Of a stretch of DNA of 64,000 bases, positions 1 to 13,400 are shown piece by piece. The translations under genes were made by a program, and so were the position numbers. The notes beneath the pieces are model-generated. The model saw only the letters and a program-made list of their open reading frames with translations. It was not told the DNA's origin and ran no database searches. Within the stretch, counting starts at the first letter, position 1, and the number at the start of each line of letters is the position of its first letter. This DNA comes from Penicillus capitatus (taxonomy: Eukaryota; Plantae; Chlorophyta), in NCBI GenBank assembly GCA_965649825.1, contig OZ287697.1:1474351-1538350 (forward strand), read 5' to 3'.

Positions 1-1
1 G

Positions 2-3000
2 ATTCTCCTGTGGGGATCCACATTCGTGATCGAGAACGCCGTGTTCACCAGTAACACTGCCCTGGGTGGCGATGGCGGCGGGGCCATGTGCGTGAGATCC
101 TCTTCCGAAGTGAAGCTCGACAACGCGATCTTCGCACGCAACAGCTGCCCAGAACAGGGAGGCGCCGTTTTGGTCGAAGCCTCGCGACTGAGCATCAAGC
201 GTTCGGTCTTCAGAGATGGAGAGGCGAAGAAAGCGGGAGGCTTTCTCTCGGCGATCTCGAACAGTGCTGTCGTGGTGGAAGAGAGTCAGATGAGCAGAGG
301 CAGCGCCGAGAAGGGAGGAGCCGTCGCGGTGCTCGATGCGAGCTTCGAGGGACGCCACCTCGAGATCACTAGGTGCACAGCGAAATCGAACGGAGGAGCC
401 TTTGTCTTCGAGTCCGAGAAGGCACCGCAGAACAACACAGCCACATTCGCAGGCTGCACATTCGCCAAAAACAGAGCCGGATTTGGAGGTCGGATTCGCG
501 GCCATTGGGTAACACGTGACCCTGGTGTGATGTAGGAGGACTCTACGCGACAACCGGCGGTCAATCGCCCGCCTGCTCGGATGAGAAGGGCGACTGTTCC
601 GTCGTCACTCTGCGGAGGACGATCTTCGAGAGCAACAACGCCGAGAAAGCGGGCGGCGCCATCTTCGTCAGCCAGTCGAGGAATCTCAAAATCAAGTGTC
701 CCGAAGCGAACGACAGATCGACCCGCTCGCCAGGAAAGGGAAAAAAGGGTTACCTGGACGGACTTGCTTCGCCAAAGGTCGGCTGTGCGCAGTGGACGGG
801 CAACAAGGCTGGATTGTACGGCGAAGTCGTCGCCTCTTATGCATCGCGACCCGTGGTGAGCGTTGAAGAGAATGGAGTCAAGACCGTCGTAACGGACAGA
901 TCCAGTCCCTACCGCATCGAGGGCTACAAGAGTGGTTCGTCGTTGCCCACGATCACGCTACAGGTACAAGACGACTTCCGCCAGAGTCCGGCAATCGGGA
1001 GGGACTTCCGCAACATGATCGCCACCGTGTCCTCTCCAGATACACTCTTCGCCGGAAGGCAAAGTCTTCTGCTGGACAAGCATCAAGTCGAACATCAGGC
1101 CGTCGGATTTGCCAAACCGGGAGTCTACACCATCGACCTTGAATTCGAGGATGACTACGTCGAGAAGGTCAAGATCAAGGTCGAGGTGCAGAAGTGCATG
1201 ATCGACGAAGTGCCTTCTATTAGCGGCACGCTCTGTGAGAAGTGCAGTGCAACGACCTACAGCTTCAACCCGACCGACGACGAGGATCTGGGATGTCAGC
1301 CGTGTCCGGCAAACGGCAACTGCGAATCCCATGTGATCGCACCGAAAGATGGATACTGGCACAGTTCGCCGTGCTCGGTGTACATAAGGAGATGCCTGAC
1401 GTCCTACGCCTGCAACTTCGACGACCGCAAGGCAAAACTACAGGAGAAGACGAAACACATGGAGAGCTGCGATCTGAGTCCGGAGGACATCGAGGAATAC
1501 AAGAAAGCGCAGTGCGCAAAGGCAAGTGTTTTCCCGCCGATCACCGAAAGCCGTCGAAACGGGTCTGTCGCTTCGATTCAGGGTCATTCCGGTCCCCTGT
1601 GCGGATCGTGCGAGTCGGGACACGGGAGCTCGCTGTCTTCGAAATGCCATGAGTGTCCGACTACAGCTGGCAATCTCATGGTGATCGCCAGCTCGACGCT
1701 CATCCTACTCGTCCTGTCAGCCATCACGATCCGCGGGACACTGAGCGCCGTGCGGTGAGACCATCGGGCTCTCCCGGACGGCCTTCTGACGGACTGTGTG
1801 CGTCTTGCAGAGCTTCGGTCAGTCCATTCGCTAAAGTCCCTGAGGAGCCTGACGCTTCCGTCGATGGAGGCCACAGCACAGCGCAGAGTGACAGAAACGA
1901 TGGCGTGCACGCGAGCCCTTCCGTCCTGGCCAAATGGAAAGCCATCGAAATGCTCAAAGTACTGCAAGGTCGACGTCACACTTTTCAAGACGATGGAATG
2001 ATGTGACAGATCACACTCAACTATGTACAGGTGACGATTCTCATCGCCTCGGTGGACGTCGGATGGGCCGTCTCCATGCTCATCATCGCACAGGTGGCAG
2101 GTCCGTGATCGAATTCCACCTCACTGCCCAGATCATGACGTCTCGTGATGTGCAGAGTTCCTCGGCGGTCTTGCAGCGGAAGGCATTCGGCGTTCGGTCG
2201 TGTGTCTGAGCACGGGCAAGCAGTCGATGCATCCAACGGCGCTCGCAGTCTTCGTCACCATCTGCGCCATCCCCACGCTCATCTTCTTTCTGCTCAGTCT
2301 CTTCTGGATCGCCGTCGCGGCATACAACCGCATCCGGAAGCCGATGCGCTTTCTCATGATGCGCTGTCTGCTCTCTGTCATGGTCCTGTGGTACATTGCC
2401 TCGGTCCCCGTCATGAAGACAGCATTCGGCAGCCTGCTCTGCGTGAATGTGCAGGACAGCCAGAACCCTACGGAGGACAGGAGCATCAGCTACTGGGCGG
2501 TGGATACCAGTCTCGAGTGCTTCAAAGGCGACCACCGGACGCTGTCTCTCCTTATCTGGTTCTTCGTCGGGACCATCTACGGTGGCCTCCTCGGCTTCCT
2601 GATCATCGTTCTCTGTTCCTCCGAAGAGCAGCGGACCAACACCGAGAGCTGGATCTATCAGACAACAGGATTTCTCTACCGCAGTTTCAAGAGCAACTAC
2701 CTTCGTTACTGGGAAGTTGTTGTACTCGTGAGGAAGATCGTCATCGCCTTCCTTCTTTTCTGCGCCCAACGTTACGACAGCCAGCTGCCGATCATCGGCG
2801 TCGCTGGCTTTATCGTCATCGCCATGGGACTGCAAATCATCGCGCATCCTTATCGAGACGAATTCAATGTCCTGAATAACTTCGAAGTGATTTCTTTGTT
2901 CGTGTCACTCTTGATGTCGCTCGTCGCCGCCGCCCTGAAGAGTGAGGTATTCAGCGCGGAGTGGGGACGGGTGACCATCACGGCCCTGTGTGGCCTGCTC

Positions 3001-3219
3001 AACATATCGACCTTCGCAGTGTTTTTCACTTTTCTCTTCGGATATTTCGTTGAATACGTTAAGCTGTACTTAACAGATCAGGGGGAGACGCTCGAGTCCA
3101 GTCCATCGACAATGAATCTCGTCAAAACGTGGATGACCCACGAGATCGGGGGTTTCGTTACCTACTTGAAGCATGGCAATTCGGACACACCACATGCAGA
3201 AGCGTCGGAGAACGCATGA
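2..3219 (+). CDS. G1: Pmp-repeat beta-helix / Cys-rich / multi-pass membrane receptor-like protein, 5' end outside window
   Basis: Frame open from nt 2 with GGA/FxxN repeats. Introns 489-535, 1522-1581 (GC-AG), 1755-1810, 1959-2009 and 2101-2155 join the ORF pieces into 983 codons. Contains CEKC..CQPCPANGNC..GYWH, GHSGPLCGSC, GFLYRSF..YWEVVVLVRK. Stop TGA at 3217-3219. Confidence 0.88.
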
Positions 3220-3261
3220 TTAGCATCTCGCTCCCTCCTGCAATAGGGAGGATCATTTTTT

Positions 3262-3466
3262 TCAAGTCAAGCTTGCAGCGCAGTCTTCTGGATTAGGATG
3301 GGACGATCTATTTTCGCATTATTGTTTTGGAAATCATGTACTGAGAGAAATAGCGGATGGGTGTCTTATTGGTGGATGGGTTGGTTACAAACGGCTCATG
3401 GTGAATGGGTGGCCGATGATGGTGCATCTTTCATAGAACTCTTGTCTGCCTGTAAGCTTGGCTTGA
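3262..3466. mobile_element. Candidate MITE (~205 bp) with imperfect 17-bp terminal inverted repeats
   Basis: TCAAGTCAAGCTTGCAG (3262-3278) vs reverse complement of 3450-3466, TCAAGCCAAGCTTACAG: 15/17 match. No coding content and no clear TSD. Confidence 0.4.
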
Positions 3467-3526
3467 TGTGACGACTGCCTACCTTGACGCGAACGCGGTG
3501 CCCATAGCAGAGACGTCGCATCAGAC

Positions 3527-3586
3527 AGTATCCGACGCTCCAGATCCGACGCTCCAGATCCGACGTTTATCTCAGATCCGATAAAT
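3527..3586 (+). repeat. Degenerate 14-bp tandem repeat (CAGATCCGACGCTC, ~4 units)
   Basis: Units start at 3527, 3541, 3555 and 3573. Confidence 0.7.
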
Positions 3587-3625
3587 CTCGGCCGAAGACA
3601 TCGAATCTCGGATACTAGGTCTTGA

Positions 3626-5100
3626 GGTAGACGTACGTCGATCGATCACGGAAGGAGTTCTTCCTTCATTGCCGATCCTCAGGATACTTCTCAGACGGAA
3701 TTGGAGGTGAGAGAAGCGCCAGAATCGCACCAGAGTCACGAAACTAGCGAAGGCAGAGAACGACCCATCAGCAAAGCGACCACGGCAGGATGGAATGTTA
3801 CCGAGATGTTCAAGGTACGACAATCGTGCACGTCTTCTTTCCCGACAGCGACGGTTATTGCAGATAACGCTGAACTACATCCAAGTGACAGTACTGATTG
3901 CTTCTTTGAACGTTGGATGGGCCTTTCCTGTTCTCAAAGTGGGAGAGATAACAGGTCCTCAGCTGTCGATGTCAAATCAACCACGCACAACGCCTTATCG
4001 TTGTGTGCTGTGCAGAGTTCTTGGGCGGTCTTGCCACAGAGCGAATCCAGCGCTCTGTTGTCTGTCCGAGCAGAGAAATTCAGTTCCTTCATCCAACTGT
4101 CTGGGCCACAATCACAAGCGTTTCTATCGTTCCTGTTACCGCATTCCTGCTGCCCGTTGCGTTCTGGACAGGAGCATCACGCGATTCTCAAGGCAAATTC
4201 AATCTCCGTCACATCGCGCAGAGATCAATGCTTTCACTCATGGCACTCTGGTACGTCACATCTGTCCCGGCGATCAAGACAACACTCAGCGTCGTCCTCT
4301 TCGTTCATGCATACAGCATACCGGATGGAACACAGAACGATGTTGAAGTCGTCGACGCGACAAAGGAGGAAAAGGTCAACTACTGGGCAGTTGACACGAA
4401 ACTGAAGTGCTTCGAGGGCCAACACTTGACGCTGGTCATCTCGATTCTCCTGTTCGTGTTCGTCATCTATGTCGGACTTCTCATCGTCTTCATCTGCATT
4501 CTCGCGTCAGACAGAGACCTGCCGAATGATCCGGACAGCTGGGTCTATCGGACCAATGGATTCCTGTACCGCAGCTACAAATCTGGATGGCGGCGCTACT
4601 GGGAGGTTGCCATCGTGCTGAGGAAGGCGATCATTGCTTTTCCGGTGTTCTGTGCCCACCGCTTTGACAGTCTAGCGTTCATCATATACCTCGCCATCTT
4701 TATCATACTTGCGATGGCAGTGCAGTTTGCGATCAAGCCCTACAGAGAGAAGTTTCTCAACAGAATAGATGCCTCTGCCCTTTTCGTCTCACTCCTGACG
4801 ATTATGTTAGCCATCGCGCTGGAGAGTGGAGGGTTCACCAGAGAGTGGCTTGGACTGACACTCTCAATCATCTGTGTCGTGCTCACCATCGCCACCTTTC
4901 TCGTTCTTCTCTGTTTTCTGCTCGGGTATTGTGCTGAGTACATTAAGCTCTCACCGAGCGAATGCGGAAGGCACATCGATGCAGATGCCGGAACACTGAC
5001 GCCCATGACGATCTGGCTGGGCTGTAAACTTCAGTCGTTGGCTTGCTATCTGGGATTTGGCCAATCTCGCGACCAAACGACTATCGCTTCCAATGTGTGA
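3626..5100 (+). pseudogene. G2: 5'-truncated paralog of G5 retaining only the cytoplasmic loop and an open membrane domain (possible 394-aa protein from ATG 3806)
   Basis: Collinear with 31860-33225. Introns 3815-3863 and 3955-4015 are at family positions. No stop in the spliced frame from 3626 to TGA 5098-5100. No ectodomain exons upstream. Confidence 0.75.
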
Positions 5101-7481
5101 ATGTTCTTTGGCCAACAGCATCACGCATTTCGTTTATATACAACAACAGAAAGAATATATAGAGTTGTCATTGATTGCAACATCCCACTTGTTTGCGTTT
5201 TCTCTCTAGCGTGCAACATGCATGCGTGTTTAATTGAACGAACAATCTGTGGCAGTGTGGGCAGAAACATAACATTGCTGAGCATCGAGCGTGGGTAGTT
5301 AGTGCTCCCTCCTTGAGTCTGTACTGCACAAGAACAATCATTCAATCAACTGTAAATGTAATTTGTAAAGGAGATTGCTTGATGTGACTGTGAACGGACT
5401 CGAGAGAATGTTGAAGGAGAAGAGGGACTTTTCGACTGAAAGTTCTCCGACGTCTAACTCCGATTCCTCCGCACGTCACCTCACATTCTATGCTTCTCTG
5501 TGCCGACACTCGTATGACGACCAAAGACAGGAGAGACATCTTCAGACAACAGTGCACCGTCATTCTTCCATGAATGGTTTCCATCGTCGCGTTGACGCCA
5601 CTCAGTATCTCTCCCGAAGCAGCACCCTGACAGCGGCATACATGACTGGAAGGCAAACACAGATGCCGATGGTGGAGATGCGAGCAATCGATCTTGCCGT
5701 GATCAGCTAACTGATTCCTTGGCTGAGGTGACTAAAGTGCGTCTTCCATACTCCTGCTGAAGCATGGTGTGCTGTGTCTAAAGGACGAGAGATCTGGATA
5801 TTGCGATACTACCACAGGCATGATGCGGATCGTCGTCGAGAACGTCCTCGATGCAATTAAGGACGATCGACGCGTCATTGTCCGCCGCAATTGTGAAGGC
5901 GATGCGTATCGTTCGACGTTCGCTGGACTATTCGGCCTACGACTCGAGCGTCCAACCCTATTTTCACCATCTAACGGTGTGGCTTTGAGTAGAGTGTTTC
6001 ACCGCGAGAACTCGCAGTGTGACGATGCAGTCGACTAACCTTCGCTTTGGAGGATCGAGCTTCCCGTTTGTCAAGGATTCTTAGTCTTGACTGAAAAATG
6101 GAATCCTGAGAAGAAGAATTCTGATAACGACTGTCGGAAATCTAGTTTTCTATTGTCCTGGATTGGAGGATTCGAGTCTTCTCGCCTGTCGCGGATTCGC
6201 TGTTCGCAACGAGAAGCTGTTTTCTAAATCTGTCGTCGGCCTCTGTTACGAAGCAACGTCCACACAAAACAAGATGAAACGTGATCTGCACAATGGATCT
6301 GTTTCTGTTCTGTGTTATAGCGGAAGGCTAAGGAGTGCCAACCGAGCGACAGAAGTAGATGTGTTTAGTCCTATCGTTTAGTTTGGACAAGAATTCCTCA
6401 CTTAATGGATTGGTGTCCTCGTTCGCTCTCTGCACCTTTCCCTGGAATCGAATTTCCTGATTGGCTTCGACGTTGTTCTCTTTAGTGGCGTTTTCTTTCT
6501 TACGGATATAATGTGTCCGTTGACCGAATTCGATTCGGTTCACTGTCACTCTCCATTCCTACAGGGTTTGTTGTCTGCTCGCTATTATTCACACGACATC
6601 AGTCTTGTGAAGAGAAGATGTCATTCTGAGAAAATGTCTGGTGCGATTTCTGGTGGTCATGATGCTCGGACGTCTCCGTCAAAGACAGATACTTGAATTG
6701 ACGGTTCAATCAGTACGGTAACAGAAAAGTCTCAAGGGTTTCCGTAGACATGGTCATTCGATTCAGCAGAACTGAAGCTGCCGTTCGCTGTTGTCGATCT
6801 CGACATCTCTATGGCAGGAAAAAAGTGGGTTTTCAACTGCGCGTGTACGTTGAGAAGAATTCAAGGGTCGATTCCGAGACCGGAAAGCGTAAATGGTGTG
6901 AGAACATCGCCGTCTGCTCAACATCGTTAACGACTTCGTTTCATGATATGTTACATCGTGAAATGACAGTCGGCAGACAGACCGAAGATGCTCATAAAGT
7001 GTAGCAAGTGACAGAAGGGGCAGGTACCAACGAAAGGGGCCTTGTAGGATGCCGTATCCGGTTTCACTCTATTTGCACCTAACCGGTCGGTTAACGAACT
7101 TCGTATTGGTGACGGCCTATGTGCCGCCGCCGAACACGGACGGCGGCATGAAGTCTGCAAGATCCGTCGCGTCATCAAACCGTCACGTCTATGGCCTGCA
7201 CGTTTCGCGTTTCATTGTGACCGTCGTCGTATCGAGAGACTCAGAGTGAAGTTATTCAGCAAACAACCGTATGGAACGAAGATCCAGTGAATTCGTTAAC
7301 TGCCGCTGCTATTAGAAACATCGCATGTTGTGCGATTCTGATTCGTTCTGCTCTTTGTCACTCTATTGTGTCCGCATCGGTCGTCTGTTAACGCAGCATC
7401 GCACACAAGCCAACGGAACCGCGGTTGTTTTTCGCGAGGTCACTACTAAGAGACTTTCTTATCCGTCGGGGCTACGGACGG

Positions 7482-10400
7482 ATGCGGCGCTCGTTTATTC
7501 TACTCGTGTGCTGCGCTTCATGCAGCTTCTCTGTCTTGTCCACTGCTGGCGCAAAGCCATTCGCACATGACCAGCAGTCTCCCCACTCTATTCATAAAAG
7601 TAGATGCTGTTCCAGCACGCTGATATGCGAGCAAATGTTCGCCGGCAGGTGCGCGGACAAATCTCCGCCGCCGTTCGCTGCCAACCGTAAACAAGGATGT
7701 CTTCGCGGAGACCCCTGTCAAAGCATTACTGGTAAGCCTGTATAGCCAGTAGCGACTCGTCGGCACCGTACTCTTGCGCCAAGGTCCGCAACGGAGAACG
7801 ACTTCTGCTTCAATCCGAAGGACTCGACGTTGCCAGGGAAGCAGGTCAGACATTTCTCTCTCGATTGTCTTTCCAGAAGATTCACTGAGTGGCGTGTTTA
7901 GAACGTGAATGTTCTCTGCGACGCGTCGACATCCGCCGTTTCTTGGACGAGAGCTCGCGAACGTGGCTGGTAGACGACGATGCGATTGATGAAATCGACA
8001 GCGACTTGCAGTCGCTTGTCGACTGCACGAAGGAAGGAGACGTTCTGCTGTTCAACTCGACGAAAAGAATCCGACCCTCCGCTCGCGTAGTCCTCCCATG
8101 GCCGCTGACCCTGAGTGCATTCGTGGAGCATACCGCGCCCGAGGAGGGCGTGGTCCCGAAGGCAGTTAAGAGAGCGACGTTCACGTGTCCCGCCGACAAC
8201 GAAGGCGTCTTCCTCGTCCGGTAGGTCCTGTCGATGCAAAGAACACCGTTGACGGTGTGTGCCTTGCAGAACCGCAGGATCCACTCTCGCTAACCTCGCG
8301 TTCGAGGGATGCTCTTTCGGCGAATCGGAAGAGAAGAAAGCGTTGATCGAAGTAGAGGGGTGTGCCTCGGCGCCAGCAAACCGTACTCTGCTTCTTCACC
8401 ACGTGTCCTTCAGAGAGAACCGACTCGCCGATGCGGCAGGCGTCTGGGTCCACTCGACATCGTGTCTGGCAATCGACATGCGAAACGTCGAGTTCTCAGA
8501 CAATCGGTGCTCGAGCAGCGGCAGCGGCGCCATCCTCTCGTCGGACAACAGAATCGAAGACTTCACGGCCAGGAGGAATCGTCTGACAGAAGAACATGAT
8601 CGTCAGCCGTCCGTTCTGAATGCTCCAGCTGGATCGAAGACCGTGGCGAACGGCGTCAGAGCTACTCACAACGACCTCTCTGCGATGCATGTCGTGGAAG
8701 GATCGCTCTCCCTGACGAATTCGACCTGTTCGCATAACTCAGTGGAGGCGTTTGACGACGAAGAGCCCTTCGGTCCTTGCATCCATCTCGTCCGAACGAC
8801 GGCTACGATCCAGAACTCTCGTTTCGAGGGAAATCAAGGATACTGGGGAGGGTCTGTTTCCATTCAGTCCTCCAACGTCTCCATTGAAGACTCGGACTTC
8901 AGAAACGGCAGAGCCGAGAAGGGAGGTGTTCTCTTCGCCGAGACTGGCAGCGCGGTCTCCATCGAGAGATGCAGCTTCGTGGAGAACGAGGCAAGCAAAC
9001 ACGGTGGTGTGGCCTTCATCGTTTCGTCGTCAGTGTCACTCATCGATTCAAATATGAGTGGCAACTCGGCTGCGGATGTCGGCGGAAGTCTTCGCCTCAC
9101 AGACTCGACGTTGCAGATCGAAGCATGTTATTTTGAGAATGGAAGCGCATCTGAAGGAGGGTTTGTTCGCATGCAGAAAGCATCAGCGAATATCACCGAC
9201 TCAACATTTGTCGAAGGCTTTGCAGAATACGGAGGGTGTATTGCTTTAGATGAGCGAAGCCAGCTGGTGTCTCGTGACCTCATCTTCAGATCCAGTTCCG
9301 CGAGCCACAGTGGAGGAGCTGTTCATGCTTTTCAAAATAGCTCTCTGTCCTTCATCAATGCGACCTTCGTATCGAATACAGCAAGGACCAATGGTCATTG
9401 CATTGCCGTTGATTCGTCTCGCGTTTCAGCAAAGCAATCTCTCGTGGCCAACAACACGGGGGCTGCAAACGGAGCCTTCCTTACTGCCACAAATCGTAGC
9501 AGTGTGGAAATCGTCGATTCCGCTTTCCTCGGCAACGCAGCTAATTACGGTGGCGTGTTCTCTTTGCGAGCCGGGTGTTCAGCGGAAGTACATGGAAGTC
9601 TCTTTTCGGGGAACTCCGCATCTCAAGGCGGCGGAAGCTTTTACATTGGCGAGCATAGCAAGATGTCCATCCATCTATGCCGATTCGATAACGGAACTGC
9701 TGGTAATACTAGCGGAGGATTTATTACATCATTTACCAGCGAAGTCAGAGTTTCGAGTTCTCACTTTACCAATGGTTTTGCCGATGTTGGTGGTTGCCTC
9801 GCGCTTTCTGATGGAGCCAACATGACCGTAGAAAACAGCACCGTTGCCTTTTGCAGAGGAAAGAGTGATGGAGGAGCAGTTAATGTTCTTAACTCGACGA
9901 TAGCCTTAAAGAACACCATATTGGCGAATAGCACAAGTGATATTGGAGCTGGCGGAATCGACTGTGTGCTAATGAGCCTAATAAGCGCATCAAATTCGTC
10001 CTTCGAAGGGAACTCTGGTGTCTTTGGAGGTGCAATGTCTGTTGTGGTCGAGAGCCTGGCCACAGTCGCTGGGTGTCGTTTTTCGGGAAACATAGCTCGA
10101 CACAGTGGAGCAGCAGTCTATGTTGGTTCCTCAAGCGCCAGTCTTAGTCATTGCGTTTTCACAAACGGGAGTGCTGTGTATGGAAGCGCTTTTTCCATCA
10201 TCAAAGGTGCGCGGGTGAATCTTAGTGATTCTTCCATCTCTTATGGGATGAGTGACTCTTTGGGTGGCGCAATCAGTATTAGCACCAAAAGTGTTCTGCG
10301 GATGCGCAATGCCTCTGTGGAGAACAACACATCGCTGGATAGCGGAGGCGCTATCTCTGCTGCAGATTCTGCAATGCATTTTCAAAACTCAAGCTTCCTC

Positions 10401-13400
10401 GGAAACCAGGCAATGGCATCTGGCGGCGGCGTTTATATGCTTAGTGGATCCGAACTCATCGGAGATGCATTGATCTTTGATGCAAATTCAGTACGTAACG
10501 GCAGTGGAGCAAGCATTTTCAGTGAAGAGGCCTACAGAGTTCAGATCTCCAACTCTCGATTCAGTAACGGCATTGCCGATAACGGCGGCGGCGTACTTTT
10601 GCGCAGTGTTGAGATGGCCAGTGCATTTGTCAACTGCTCCTTCGAAGGCAATTCAGTTGTATCGTTTGGAGGCGCATATGTCGTTGCGCATTCCGCTGTA
10701 CGGTTTGAGAACTGCAGCATGGTGGGAAACAGAGCTGGACAGCTTGGAGGCAGCTTAATCGTCACAAATTCCACTGTCGATCTTCGCAACTGCCACTTCA
10801 GTCGCAACAGCTGGACACCATCCGGAGGTTTCATTAGCGCGATCTTGAACAGCGAGATCCGAGGACACAACGTTTCCATGGTGGAAACATCATCAGAGTA
10901 CGGAGGAGCAGTGTGGTTGTATGACTCTATCATGCAGCTAGAAGACGCTCACTTCTCAGGCTGTCACGCAAACATGTCCGGCGGCGTCATCGCTGGATCG
11001 GAGAACACCTCTTTCTTGTGCAATGACTGTGACTTCGAAGACAGCACTGCTGGGCGTACGGGAGGTGCAATGTACTTTGAAACCGTAATGTCGCACCCCG
11101 TCTCTGTCCAGATTGATGGATCCACTTTTCGGAACAACACAGCCACACTTGGAGGTGAGATCGACAACTGCACATCCACTGGCAACAAAGTCTCTTGCTC
11201 AGGTGCCATAGGCTTCGTCAGAGACTCCAAACAGGCAAACTGCACGATCCAAGACGGCAACTGTTCTTTCCTGGTCGTGACAGACTCTGTCTTCTACGAA
11301 AACAAAGCAGAGAGTTTTGGAGGGGGCATTGTTGTATCAGACATCGACAGCATTCGAATGAGCTGTTCTCGCCAAAAAAATCGAAGTAGCAAAACAGAAT
11401 TCTACAACAGAACAGAGCTGGAGGCCTTGGATGTCATCAGATCTACAGATGACATCTGTCAATCTTGGAAAGGCAACCATGCGGTTGCATATGGGGACGA
11501 TGTCGGATCATCTGGTGCCGGAGTTCACATGTCTGTCATCTCTGACAACTCACACGATGGCGTAGAGGAAGTGTCAGGAAACAGGTTTGTCGTTGAAGGG
11601 CATTCGAGCGGAGAACCTCTTCCCACCATTCACTTGGAGATTGTCGACGGATTGGGTCAGGGACCAGCCCTCAGTATAAACAATTATGCAGTCGAAGCTG
11701 CGATGACTTCTGCGGATGGCTTTTTTGCCGGATCCATCAGCCTCAAGATGAATAAGGGCGTCGGGAACTTCTTCGGAGTGGTTGGTTTTGGAAGGAAGGG
11801 TGTGTACGAATGCACGATCGACTTCAGCGAAGAACTGATCGAGTCGCTTGCGGTGGAAGTGCACGTCAGGGAGTGCAGACTTGGCGAAGTGGCCGCCGCC
11901 GACGGAACTTTCTGTGAGCCATGCACCTCTGACACATACAACCTCATGCCAGGCAACGGGACCGGATGTCGGCCTTGTCCGGAGAACGGAAACTGCACGA
12001 CTCAAGTCATCCTGCCAGCAAAGGGATACTGGCACAAGACCCCGTGTTCTGAGAACATCCAAGAGTGCATCTCTTCCGAGGCCTGCAGCTCTAAAGAGAG
12101 GGAAGACAAATTGACTGCTGCAACGAGGAACATCAGCAGCTGCGAATTCGATGAGGATTACGTCGAAGACTACACGGAAGCTCAGTGCAGAGAGGTGATC
12201 TCTGGGTGATATGGTGTGTTGTGCTCAAGGTGTGTTATCACAGGGACACGAGGGCCCTCTGTGTGGATCCTGCAAAGCCTCCCATGGGAAGTCTCACTCT
12301 TTATTGTGTGAGAAGTGCTTCTCTGGATTCGGCGACTATGCCTTGATCTTTGTATCGTTCTTGGTGCTCATGGTATTGTCTTACATCACGGTGAGAAGCA
12401 ACAAGATCTCAACTCCGAAGTTGAAGAGAGTATCTGTTAAATCCATTCGCCAGCTTCAGTCTCTGCCAAGTGGATCATCCGCAGTCCCTGTTAATGAAGA
12501 AATGGTAGAGATGATGGTCACCGGTCGCGTGCCGCCAGAGCTTCTACATCCAGAACTTCAACCAGCACACCGGTCTAGGGCAGAACCTCAAGATGCAGAA
12601 GTGGCGAAGTGGAAGGCTGCGGAGCTGTTTAAGGTTAGAGAAAGCCTCTTTTGTTAGAATGACATTCTGCTATAGATCATGGTGAACTTTCTGCAAGTGA
12701 CCGCCATTGCCGTCGCCATTAACGTCAAGTGGACTCTGGTACTGGTCACACTGTTCGAGGGCGCAGGTGAGAGAAGAGCGTTTCTTAAATAACGTCTAAT
12801 TCTCTGTTGTTTTCTGCAGAGTTCATCAGCGGCATCACCTCGGAGACGGTGAACCGATCAGCGGACTGCATCGTCCCGGACGGTGCCTCGGTGGATCGCT
12901 CGATCTCCAGCGTCATCATCGACGTCTGTCTTCCCTTGGGAGCCATCGGCGTCTTCAGTGTGATCTGGTTGGTCGTCAAGGTCAAGCGAGGAGAGCCGTG
13001 GTCCTACCTGCTCAAGAAGATCATCCTGACAGGCATCGCCGTTCTGTACATAAGCTACATCTCCCTCAGCAAAACGCTAGTCGGCATTCTGGACTGCGTG
13101 GAGGTTCACGATTCGGTCGATTCCGAGATCGACGTCACATCAGACTACTGGGTGACAGACACCAAGATCGAATGCTACAAGGGACCTCATGCCTTGTTAG
13201 CCTTTATGTTGGGATGTCCCTTCCTGATCGTTTTCTCCTTCGGCTTTCCGTTGATCACTGCCTGTGTCATCGTTACAAACGTCGAAGAGGACTACAAGAG
13301 TGGGTGGATCTACGAGACCTGTGGCTTCCTGTACCGTTCCTATAAGAGGAGTTTGGTGTTCTGGGAATCTGTGATTATGCTCAGAAAGGCTGTTCTGGCA

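Noticed and set aside
5769-6160. Similar short ORFs in both spacer copies (5769-6038 and 33881-34372)
   Set aside because: Indels between copies break the frame, so the similarity is explained by the segmental duplication.
7122-7148. GC-rich hairpin TGCCGCCGCCG-AACA-CGGACGGCGGCA upstream of G3
   Set aside because: Not conserved in the paralogous spacer (~35190-35220); no evidence for an ncRNA.
8270-11154. Bacterial (Chlamydia) autotransporter or contamination
   Set aside because: Spliceosomal introns at conserved positions, eukaryotic signal peptides, and alpha-helical TM domains instead of a beta-barrel.
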